A stretch of 64,000 nt of DNA from assembly GCA_902780135.1 (NCBI GenBank), contig CACZEK010000005.1, forward strand, positions 130,839 to 194,838, read 5' to 3'. The notes beneath the pieces are model-generated. The model was not told where the DNA came from, made no database searches, and saw nothing but the letters and a program-made list of their open reading frames with translations. How positions within the stretch are numbered: the stretch's first letter is position 1; every line of letters starts with the position of its first letter. This document shows, in pieces, positions 35,546 through 43,681 of this stretch. A program made the translations under genes and the position numbers. The DNA comes from an uncultured bacterium (lineage in GTDB: Bacteria > Verrucomicrobiota > Lentisphaeria > Victivallales > UBA1829).

Positions 35546-37828
35546 ATGAAACGGAAAACGATCGCGATCATTCTGCTGGTGCTTTTCATTCTCGCAAGTC
35601 TTCCGATATGCGGATATTACGGCGTAAGGGCGAAACGTCGCGCCGACCTGCGCGACAAGGCGATGGCCGCGTATGAAAACAAAGAATACGGGACGGCGGA
35701 GTCCCTCCTGCTTCAATATGTTCAAATGTACCCGGACGCCGAAGCGGAATACGCGGCCCTGGCGAACATCTATCACCAATCCGGGAATGCGGGAATGGAG
35801 GCGCAGATGTGGCAGTCCGCCAACACCCTGAACCCGCAGAAGCCGGAATACCGGGAAAAAATGCTGAGCAGCGCGATAAAGGCGGCAAACTACGCTCTTC
35901 TGTACGGCATTCTCGGGCGAAAGGCAAAAGTGGACGACACGTTCACCTACCGGGAACTCTATCTGTATGTGATCTCCTCGTACCGGTCCGGCTATCCGAA
36001 AGACGGAAACGACGCCTACAAAAAGCAGATCGAGCGCGACCCGGAAGCGTTCCGCGAGAACGATCTCGGACGGATGGCGGAATTCATGGCAACCTACAAC
36101 AAATGGACCGATGGCGAACGCGATGCCTTTTTGAACACCGCGATGCAGTCGGAAGACCCCGCGGTCCGGTTCGAGGCGCTTTACTTCGCCATCCGCCGCC
36201 TGGAACAGCGCCGCGACGACAATCCGGAAACCGACGCGGAAATGGAGCGGCTGCTGAAACAGGCCGCGGAAGTCAATCCTCTTGCGGGAACGCCGATCCT
36301 GGCGGATTACTACTTTTCAAAATACCGGTTTGCCGATGTGATGGATGTCCTGGAGCCGTATCTGAAAACAATCGATGACATCAATCTGTATCTGCAGTAT
36401 GCGGAAAGCTGTGTTTTCACGGGCAGGCTTGACGAACTCAGGACGCTGGAAGAAAAGCTGCAGAAGAAGTCCGGCGCCCTGTCGTTCCTGGCGGATTATT
36501 GTGAAACCCTGACCGCGTATCTCGAAAACGACGAGAGGAAGCTTGCCGTCGCCGTCCGCAAAAACGGCAAGCGCATCGATTCCCCTCTCTCGCGTTTCAT
36601 CCGCCTGCGTGTGGCGGTATCAAACGACTCGTTCGACGAAATACGGACCGTGGCGCAGGAGATATTCCCCAATCAGCCGTTCCACGACCTGCACAACCGC
36701 GCCCTGCTCGTCTGCCTGGACTACATCTCCCGGAAGATGCAGAAACCGGAAAACCAGAAGGACCCCGCGCAAATGGCAGATCTGGCGGAGATCCTGTCGG
36801 GGTATCTGCATGGGAACAGGCTGCTTTCGGAGATCATCCTCATGAACCAGTACAGGAAGAACCTGGTGAAAGAGACATATCTGCTGAACGCGCTGAAGTA
36901 TTTTCCGGACGACGTCCTCCTGTCGTGCATCACCGCGGAGTTCCTGATCTTCAACGAAAAAGCCGAAAGCGCGCTGCCGATCATCGAACAGGCGCTGGAC
37001 GTTGAGGAATCCGCGAAGGAACAGCCCGGCCGCGAACTCCAGATCCTCCACATGCTCGCGCTGGACCAGCTGAAACGGCACGACGAAGCCGCCGAAGCGT
37101 TCCGGAAACTGGCGCTGCAGTTTGAATCCGATACGGAACTGCTGGGGCAGTATTTCCTGTTCTGCGTTGACAACGGGCGCACGAAGGATCTGGCATCCAT
37201 GGCCGACAGGCTGGACGCCTCAAAGGACGAGAAACTGAAGGAGTTCGGAAAGTTCTTCCGCGCGGCGGACCTGCTCCTGTCCGGAGACGGGTCGAAGGAA
37301 AAGGAAGCCCTCGACCTGCTTGCCTCGACTCCGAACGACGCGCCGGATTTCACGTTCTACGCGGCAAACCGCCTGTGCAAATCCGGCAGGCTTGATGAAG
37401 CGGAGGAGAAATACAAGGCGATCCTGGAGACCTACCGCACCCCGTCCCTGCTTTATGTCAATCTCTCCGACATCTACCACGCCAAAGGAGAGGACCGGAA
37501 GGCGCTGGACGCCGCGAAGACGGCGTTTGGCATGGAAAAGGAATCCCTCCTCCCCGCGTTCACCTATGCGAAGAGGCTGTCCGAGGAAAACCGTTATGAG
37601 GATGCCGTGAACGCCCTCAATTTCCCGCGTCATGCCGTGAACTTCCGCAAGGACATCGTGGAGCTGTGGCGCGAGTGCATGCATCATGTCATCGAAAAGA
37701 GCTTTGCCGACCGGAAATTCCTTCAGGCGGAGCAGCAGTGCAAGCATCTGCTGATCATCGTGCCGGACGATGAATTCGGGGAAAGAAACCTGGAGAACGT
37801 CCGGCTGCTTCTCTTCCAGAAGGACTAA
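35546..37828 (+). CDS. N-terminally anchored TPR-repeat protein (760 aa)
   Basis: TM segment IAIILLVLFILASLPICGYY, followed by many 34-aa helical repeats (e.g. AMAAYENKEYGTAESLLLQYVQMYPDAEAEYAALANIYHQSGN, YVNLSDIYHAKGEDRKALDAAKTAF). Confidence 0.8.
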   Translation: MKRKTIAIILLVLFILASLPICGYYGVRAKRRADLRDKAMAAYENKEYGTAESLLLQYVQMYPDAEAEYAALANIYHQSGNAGMEAQMWQSANTLNPQKPEYREKMLSSAIKAANYALLYGILGRKAKVDDTFTYRELYLYVISSYRSGYPKDGNDAYKKQIERDPEAFRENDLGRMAEFMATYNKWTDGERDAFLNTAMQSEDPAVRFEALYFAIRRLEQRRDDNPETDAEMERLLKQAAEVNPLAGTPILADYYFSKYRFADVMDVLEPYLKTIDDINLYLQYAESCVFTGRLDELRTLEEKLQKKSGALSFLADYCETLTAYLENDERKLAVAVRKNGKRIDSPLSRFIRLRVAVSNDSFDEIRTVAQEIFPNQPFHDLHNRALLVCLDYISRKMQKPENQKDPAQMADLAEILSGYLHGNRLLSEIILMNQYRKNLVKETYLLNALKYFPDDVLLSCITAEFLIFNEKAESALPIIEQALDVEESAKEQPGRELQILHMLALDQLKRHDEAAEAFRKLALQFESDTELLGQYFLFCVDNGRTKDLASMADRLDASKDEKLKEFGKFFRAADLLLSGDGSKEKEALDLLASTPNDAPDFTFYAANRLCKSGRLDEAEEKYKAILETYRTPSLLYVNLSDIYHAKGEDRKALDAAKTAFGMEKESLLPAFTYAKRLSEENRYEDAVNALNFPRHAVNFRKDIVELWRECMHHVIEKSFADRKFLQAEQQCKHLLIIVPDDEFGERNLENVRLLLFQKD

Positions 37829-37968
37829 GCGCGAAAGCCGGCGCCCGCTCCGGAAACGGCTGGCGGGACAGGCATCGCGGCGGACGGCATACGCTCACGG
37901 TACGCGGGCGGAGCATCGCATCCATCCCCCTCCGTTTGCCCTCCCCGTTTAGCCGTTTAAAATAAAAA

Positions 37969-38058
37969 TGGCGGAGAGAGTGGGATTTGAACCCACGATA
38001 GAGTTGCCCCTATACAGCATTTCCAATGCTGCGCCTTCGACCACTCGGCCATCTCTCC
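37969..38058 (-). tRNA. tRNA-Ser (anticodon GGA), CCA encoded
   Basis: Reverse complement GGAGAGATGGCCGAGTGGTCGAAGGCGCAGCATTGGAAATGCTGTATAGGGGCAACTCTATCGTGGGTTCAAATCCCACTCTCTCCGCCA. 7-bp acceptor stem, anticodon loop TTGGAAA, long variable arm, TTCAAAT T-loop. Confidence 0.92.
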
Positions 38059-38154
38059 GCAGATAAGACCCCTTTTTTTGCGAAAAAAACGGAAGGCCCC
38101 GGGAATGCGCCGGACCATGACAACGACCTGTTTTTCAGCGGGAAACAACTGGTT

Positions 38155-39378
38155 TCACACAGGTTTCCGGGCCGGCCGGTATCCCGTCTTCAGCAATGCC
38201 GCAAACATGACCGCCGCCTGGACCGCCACGAAGACCGGAAGCGCCTCCATGGAGATCAGGTCGCCCGCGTAGCCGATCAGCGGCGGGATGACCATGATGC
38301 CGACCATGCTGGCCGCCCCCTGGAGCCCGGTCAGCGCGGCCGCCGTGGCGTCGTTGAACCCGCGCCGCGTAACCTCGTGCATCAGGCACGGATAGACCGG
38401 CGCGAGCGCGAACCCGACCAGCAGAAGCGCGGCGGACGGAAGGAACCCGGTTGCCGGGACCAGAAGAAGGCACGAGGCGAACAGGACGGCCGCGCCCGAA
38501 AGCGTGGAAAGCAGGCGGTTTCCGAGCCGGTCCGCCGTGAATCCGAGCAGGAAACGTCCGGCGGTCAGCATGCCCCAGTAGGCGGTCACGACGTATTGCG
38601 CGGTGTTCAGGTCCATCCCGCGCGCACGGGTCAGGAACGCGCACCCCCACAGCCCCGCGCCCGCCTCGATGCCGCAGTAAACGAAGAAAACCAGGACGCA
38701 CAGCCAGAAATCGAGCGAAAACTCGCATTTCCCCTCCAGTTTGTCCATGGACGATGCCGCCGCGGCCGCCCGGTCCTCCGCCTCCTCGTCGCGGCGCGCG
38801 CGGTCCCACAGCCCGATCGTGGAGCAGAAGAACACGGCGAGCAGGATCTGCGTGGACCCGATCGCGAAATACGCGCTCCGCCAGGACCCGGCGGACTGGA
38901 GGAAGACCGAGGCGATCAGCGGCCCGAGGGTTGCGCCGACGCCCCAGCAGCAGTGCAGCCAGCTCATGTCGCGGCTGGAATAATGCTTGGAGACGTAGTA
39001 GTTCATGCCGGTGTCGATCGCGCCCTGCCCGAACCCGAGCGGCACGGCGAACGCGAGCAGCACGGCGAAAACCGGGGAGAAACCGCATCCGACGAGCGAA
39101 AGACCCGTCACCGCGCCGCAGACCGCCAGCAGGCGCCCCGTGCCGATCTTCCGCAGGATCAGCCCGCTGGCGGAGGCGGAGACCGAGGAACAGAGCGCGA
39201 CGACGGTCGCGATGAAGCCGCCGTAGCGGAGCGGGACTTCGAACGCCTCGCTCATGGGGATCCAGGCGGCGTCGAGGATCTTGTCCGGGAGCCCGAGGCT
39301 GATGTACCCCAGGTAAATGATGCCGAGCAGGAGGATCTTCCTGCGTGCCGGGGCGATTCTGTCAAAAAAACGTGCCAT
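38155..39378 (-). CDS. MFS transporter
   Basis: 407 aa, 12 predicted TM helices, N-terminus RKILLLGIIYLGYISLGLPD. Confidence 0.85.
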   Translation of the reverse strand: MARFFDRIAPARRKILLLGIIYLGYISLGLPDKILDAAWIPMSEAFEVPLRYGGFIATVVALCSSVSASASGLILRKIGTGRLLAVCGAVTGLSLVGCGFSPVFAVLLAFAVPLGFGQGAIDTGMNYYVSKHYSSRDMSWLHCCWGVGATLGPLIASVFLQSAGSWRSAYFAIGSTQILLAVFFCSTIGLWDRARRDEEAEDRAAAAASSMDKLEGKCEFSLDFWLCVLVFFVYCGIEAGAGLWGCAFLTRARGMDLNTAQYVVTAYWGMLTAGRFLLGFTADRLGNRLLSTLSGAAVLFASCLLLVPATGFLPSAALLLVGFALAPVYPCLMHEVTRRGFNDATAAALTGLQGAASMVGIMVIPPLIGYAGDLISMEALPVFVAVQAAVMFAALLKTGYRPARKPV

Positions 39379-39441
39379 GACAAGAAAAAAGCGCGAACCG
39401 GAAAGCCCGGTCCGCGCGGAAAAGAACGGATTGGCCGGAGA

Positions 39442-40572
39442 TCAGTCCTTCGGGAACTCCATGCCTTCCACGATGCCGGGGATCTCCGCCTTGTAGTAGG
39501 AGTACGCCATGCGGCGGAGGAAGGGAACGTCGAGCTTCCAGTTCAGGATCTCGTCGCCGAGGTCGGCGCGGACGTTGGAGTTGTCGAACGTGATCTGGGT
39601 GGAGAAGTACGGGATGAGGTCTTCGATCATGCGCATGACCAGCTTCTCGTCCTTGGAGGGGTCCTCGTTCTTGTCGACGGTACGGAGGCCGGTGACCTTC
39701 AGGATGTCGCGGCAGGCGATGCCGATCATCTCGGTGGAGACGGGGCTGTCGCCGGTGATGTGGTAGGTGCGGTTCTTCTCCGGGATCATGAAGAGCCTGG
39801 ACATGGATTCCTGCACGTAGTCGATCGGCACGAAGTAGATCTTGTCCGAAGTCGCGCTGGCGATGCGGATGTTCACTTCCATCTGGGCGTTCGCGGGGAG
39901 GCCGGCCTTGAATGCGCGGTTGCTCTTGATGCGGCCGAGGAATTCGAGGATGCGGTAGAACGCGAGCGGCTTGCGGATCACGCCGTCGGAACGGCGTCCG
40001 ACGATGATGGAGGGGCGGTAGATGGTGAACGGGACGCCGACGTTCTCGCGGACATACTTTTCCGCGTCGAACTTGCTGCGCTCGTAGGAGTTGATCCAGC
40101 CGGTGGCGGGCATGGTGTCTTCCATGACGCGCCCGGCGAAGGTGCCCGCGACGTAGGCGGTGCTGACATACTGGAAACGCGGGATGTTGAAGCGCTTGAC
40201 GGCTTCGACGGCGTTCAGCGTGCCGTTCATGTTGGTCGCGTAGGTCTTGCCCTCGGGGTCTTTGCCGAGGTTGACGTCCGCGGCGCAGTGGAACATCACA
40301 TCGTAGGGACCGTATTTCGCGATCTCGTCGAACGGGAGCTTCGTCACGTCGCCGGAGATGACGGTAATGCGGGAGATGATGGAGTCGTAGGAGGCGGGAT
40401 CGCCGTCGAATTCACACTGGGCGCGCATGGTGAGCTCCGTGCGCTGCTGGGCGGTCTGCGCGGAATTGCCGCGGCAGATGGCAACGATCTTGAAGTCGGG
40501 ATGATTGCGAAGCAGCGCCGTGACGACGGACGCCCCGACCAGACCCGTGATACCGGTAAGCAGGATATTCAA
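39442..40572 (-). CDS. SDR-family thioester/fatty-acyl reductase-like protein (NAD_binding_4 type)
   Basis: TTG start with AAGGAG 9 nt upstream. Rossmann motif LLTGITGLVGASV at the N-terminus. Catalytic YERSK, STAYV. Confidence 0.78.
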   Translation of the reverse strand: MNILLTGITGLVGASVVTALLRNHPDFKIVAICRGNSAQTAQQRTELTMRAQCEFDGDPASYDSIISRITVISGDVTKLPFDEIAKYGPYDVMFHCAADVNLGKDPEGKTYATNMNGTLNAVEAVKRFNIPRFQYVSTAYVAGTFAGRVMEDTMPATGWINSYERSKFDAEKYVRENVGVPFTIYRPSIIVGRRSDGVIRKPLAFYRILEFLGRIKSNRAFKAGLPANAQMEVNIRIASATSDKIYFVPIDYVQESMSRLFMIPEKNRTYHITGDSPVSTEMIGIACRDILKVTGLRTVDKNEDPSKDEKLVMRMIEDLIPYFSTQITFDNSNVRADLGDEILNWKLDVPFLRRMAYSYYKAEIPGIVEGMEFPKD

Positions 40573-40819
40573 AGCTAACTTACTCCTTGACGGTTTTCGG
40601 TTTTATCTTTAAACAGAATAATGCAGAATGTAAAAGGTGTTCTTACAATATATCACTCTTTCTCAAAAAATAAAGCCGAAAAAGTTAAAAAGTCACGTTT
40701 TTTTGGAAAACAGACGAAAAAATACGCTTTTCGATTGAAAAAAACGTTTCCCCGTGGTACGTTATTACCGTCTTTTTCTTCTTAATTGTCATCCTATCAT
40801 CTGACTCGGAGTTTGCACC

Positions 40820-41920
40820 ATGGGGTTTGCCTGCGGTTTTGTCGGTCTTCCCAACGTCGGGAAATCCACGCTTTTCAACGCTTTGACCAACGGCGGCGCG
40901 GCCGCCGCCAATTTCCCGTTCTGCACCATTGAACCCAATACGGGCATCGTGGCGGTGCCGGACGACCGTCTCGGCGTGCTGGCGAAGATCGAAAAATCCG
41001 CCCGCATCGTGCCGACGTCGCTGAAATTCATCGACATCGCCGGGCTCGTCCAGGGCGCCAGCAAGGGCGAAGGGCTCGGCAACCAGTTCCTCGGACATAT
41101 CCGCAACGTCGACGCCGTGGCGCACGTGGTGCGCCTCTTCCAGGACGGCGACGTGGTGCACGTGGGCGGGTCCATCGACCCGGCGCGCGACCTGGAGCTG
41201 ATCATGACCGAGCTCATGCTCGCCGACCTGGAGTTCCTCCAGCGCAGATTCGACAAGTGCAAGAAGCTCCTGCGCACCGGCGACCCGGAGATCAAGGCGG
41301 AATACGAACTCTCCCAGACCTGCATCGCCGCCCTCGAAGACGGCAAGATCCCGCAGTGGGACAAATCCGACCCGGAAGCCTGCCGCGTCATGGCGTCGCT
41401 CCAGCTCCTCTCCGCCATGCCCGCCTTCGTCTGCGCCAACGTCGACGAAGCCGGATTCCGTTCCTTCGGGCAGGACGACGCCTCGAAGGCGCTGCTCGAC
41501 TACGCCGCCGGGCACGGCATGGAGGTCGTCCCGGTCTGCGCGAAGTTCGAAGAGGAACTTGCCGCGCTGGAACCCGACGAGGCGAAGGCGTTCCTGGACG
41601 ACATCGGCGCGACGGAGAGCGGCCTTCAGCGCGTGATCCGCACCGGATACAAGCTGCTGGATTACTGCACCTTCTTCACCACCGGAAAGGACGAGACGCG
41701 CGCCTGGACCATCGTCAACGGCACCGCCGCGCCCGAGGCCGCCGGAAAGATCCACACCGACATGCAGCACGGATTCATCCGCATGGAGGTCGTCTCCTAC
41801 GACGAACTGGTGGCGCACGGCGGCTGGAACGCCGCGAAGACGGCGGGCAAGCTCCGCACCGAAGGCAAGGACTACATCGTGAAGGACGGCGACTGCGTGT
41901 ACGTCCTTTTCAGCAAGTAA
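40820..41920 (+). CDS. ychF: Ribosome-binding ATPase YchF
   Basis: GFVGLPNVGKSTLFNALT, DIAGLV, and a C-terminal TGS-like DGDCVYVLF. 366 aa. Confidence 0.93.
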   Translation: MGFACGFVGLPNVGKSTLFNALTNGGAAAANFPFCTIEPNTGIVAVPDDRLGVLAKIEKSARIVPTSLKFIDIAGLVQGASKGEGLGNQFLGHIRNVDAVAHVVRLFQDGDVVHVGGSIDPARDLELIMTELMLADLEFLQRRFDKCKKLLRTGDPEIKAEYELSQTCIAALEDGKIPQWDKSDPEACRVMASLQLLSAMPAFVCANVDEAGFRSFGQDDASKALLDYAAGHGMEVVPVCAKFEEELAALEPDEAKAFLDDIGATESGLQRVIRTGYKLLDYCTFFTTGKDETRAWTIVNGTAAPEAAGKIHTDMQHGFIRMEVVSYDELVAHGGWNAAKTAGKLRTEGKDYIVKDGDCVYVLFSK

Positions 41921-41948
41921 CCCGCCTCCGTTTTTCCGCGCCGCAAAC

Positions 41949-43562
41949 ATGGCAGAAGACCAGACATCGTCCGTAAACCGTTTCTTCAGCAGTTCGCGCA
42001 ATCTCGCCGCGTCGACCCTGATCAGCCGCGTCCTCGGGCTGTTCCGCGAGACCCTGACCGCGGGCGTCATCGGCGGCGGCGCGCTGATGTCCGGCTGGAC
42101 GCTCGCGCTGACCTGGGCGAACACCTTCCGCCGCATCCTCGGCGAGGGCGAACTCGGCAAGGCGCTCGTGCCGGTCCTGTCGCTGTCGCTGGAGACCGAG
42201 GGGAAGGAACGCGCCCGCGAACGGTTCTCGACCATTCTGCTGTGGCTGACGCTGCTGCTGTGCGCGCTCGCCGTCGTGCTCGGCGTGCCGTCGTGGCTGA
42301 TCGCGCGCACGCTGGAGCCCGGCCGCTGGAAGACCGCGTTCGAGCTTTTCCCGATCCTCGCGCCGTACATGGTGTTCATCTGCGTCGTGGGGGCGGCGAC
42401 CGCCTGCGCGAACGTCCTCCGCGAATTCTTTTTGCCGTCGCTGACCGCGATCCTGCAGAACGTGGTCCTGATCCTCGCGCTCGTGCTGGTCTGCCGCCAT
42501 TATCAGGGGATGCCCCAGCTGAAGATGTTCGGGCTCGCCGTGCTCATCGCGGGCGTGCTGGAAATGGCTCTGATCTTCCTGATCCTGTGGCGGCGCGGCA
42601 TGATGGTGCGGATCTCCGGCGCGATCATGCGGGACCATGAGACCCTGCTTTCGATCTGGAAACTGATCCTGCCGGGACTGCTCGGCGCAAGCGCGCTCCA
42701 GCTGAGCCTGCAATGCGACCGCCTGATCGCCGGGTTCATCGGCGACTCCGCGGCGGCCTCGCTGTACTTCAGCGAACGCCTGGTGTATCTGCCGGTCGGC
42801 ATCTTCGCGGTGTCGTTCGCCACGGTCGCGAATACGGAGCTGTCGCGGTTCGCCGCGGCGGGCGACTACGGCAAACTGTCGGCGCTGCTGACGGGCACGA
42901 TCCGCATCCTGCTCTTCGTGTCCGTGCCGTTCACGGCGTTCATGGTGTGCTTCCCGGAGGAGATCATCCGCGTTTTCTACAACTACGGCAGATTCGACGA
43001 GACCGCGGTGCGCGAGACCGCGTACGCGTTCCTGATGTACTCGGCGGGGATCCCGCTTTTCGCGGTGTTCAAGATCTCGTCCGTGGCGTTCACGAGCCGC
43101 CGGGACATGGTGACGCCGCTGAAGGTGTCGCTGGTCTGCATCGCGCTGAACATCGTGATGAATCTTGCGCTGATGGTGCCGCTGCGGCAGGGCGGGATCG
43201 CGCTTGCCACGGTCATGTCGTCCCTGCTGAACAACACCCTGCTCCTGACGATCTACAACCGGCAGCTGCCGGACCACAGGATCGACTTCCGCGCGCTGGG
43301 GATGTATCTGCTTCGGCTGATCCCGGCGTGCGGCCTGCCGCTGATCCCGGCTGTCCTGGTCTCCCGCGCGATCCCGCGCAACCTCGAATTCACGCTGCCG
43401 CACTGGAACGTCGAGGTCACGACGCTGAACGTGGCGGCTCCGCTGATCGCGGCGGGACTCGTTTACGGCGTCTGCCTGCTCGTGCTCTGCCGGCTGTTCC
43501 GCATCGAAGAGGCGATGCTGGTGCTCGGCCGCATTTTACACCGGAAAAAACGTTCCGCATAA
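41949..43562 (+). CDS. murJ: Lipid II flippase MurJ/MviN
   Basis: STLISRVLGLFRETLTAGVIGGG...FRRILGEGELGKALVPVL is a typical MurJ N-terminus. 14 TM segments. Confidence 0.9.
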   Translation: MAEDQTSSVNRFFSSSRNLAASTLISRVLGLFRETLTAGVIGGGALMSGWTLALTWANTFRRILGEGELGKALVPVLSLSLETEGKERARERFSTILLWLTLLLCALAVVLGVPSWLIARTLEPGRWKTAFELFPILAPYMVFICVVGAATACANVLREFFLPSLTAILQNVVLILALVLVCRHYQGMPQLKMFGLAVLIAGVLEMALIFLILWRRGMMVRISGAIMRDHETLLSIWKLILPGLLGASALQLSLQCDRLIAGFIGDSAAASLYFSERLVYLPVGIFAVSFATVANTELSRFAAAGDYGKLSALLTGTIRILLFVSVPFTAFMVCFPEEIIRVFYNYGRFDETAVRETAYAFLMYSAGIPLFAVFKISSVAFTSRRDMVTPLKVSLVCIALNIVMNLALMVPLRQGGIALATVMSSLLNNTLLLTIYNRQLPDHRIDFRALGMYLLRLIPACGLPLIPAVLVSRAIPRNLEFTLPHWNVEVTTLNVAAPLIAAGLVYGVCLLVLCRLFRIEEAMLVLGRILHRKKRSA

Positions 43563-43566
43563 ATCC

Positions 43567-43643
43567 GTGCCGCAGCGAAGCACGGCACACACGGAGTGTG
43601 CTGAAGCAGTGCCTTGCTTCGCAACGGCACACACGAAGTGTGC
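43567..43643. repeat. Two tandem 35-nt double-hairpin units (REP-like) with a GCGAAGC / GCTTCGC core
   Basis: Unit A, 43567-43601: gtgccgcaGCGAAGCacggcacacacggagtgtgc. Unit B, 43609-43643: gtgccttGCTTCGCaacggcacacacgaagtgtgc. Each forms gtgccg...cggcac and gcacac...gtgtgc hairpins. Lies between convergent murJ and the aas-like gene. Confidence 0.65.
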
Positions 43644-43681
43644 ACGAATCGGACTGCCTTTATCCTGAACGGAACCCCGGC

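Noticed and set aside
37829-38154. Integrase, attachment-site repeat or mobile element flanking tRNA-Ser
   Set aside because: I found no recombinase or transposase ORF anywhere in the window, and no direct repeat of the tRNA 3' end by eye. The island idea therefore stays a low-confidence inference and no mobile element is called.
38026-40578. 850-aa plus-strand ORF across the MFS and SDR genes; similarly 50263-52992 (909 aa), 52779-54110, 5469-7454, 59124-60575, 60603-63557, 56522-59254, 30777-32792 and 48134-50232
   Set aside because: All are antisense to CDSs with strong family motifs and show the Arg/Asp/Gly/Val/His-rich composition of GC-rich shadow ORFs.
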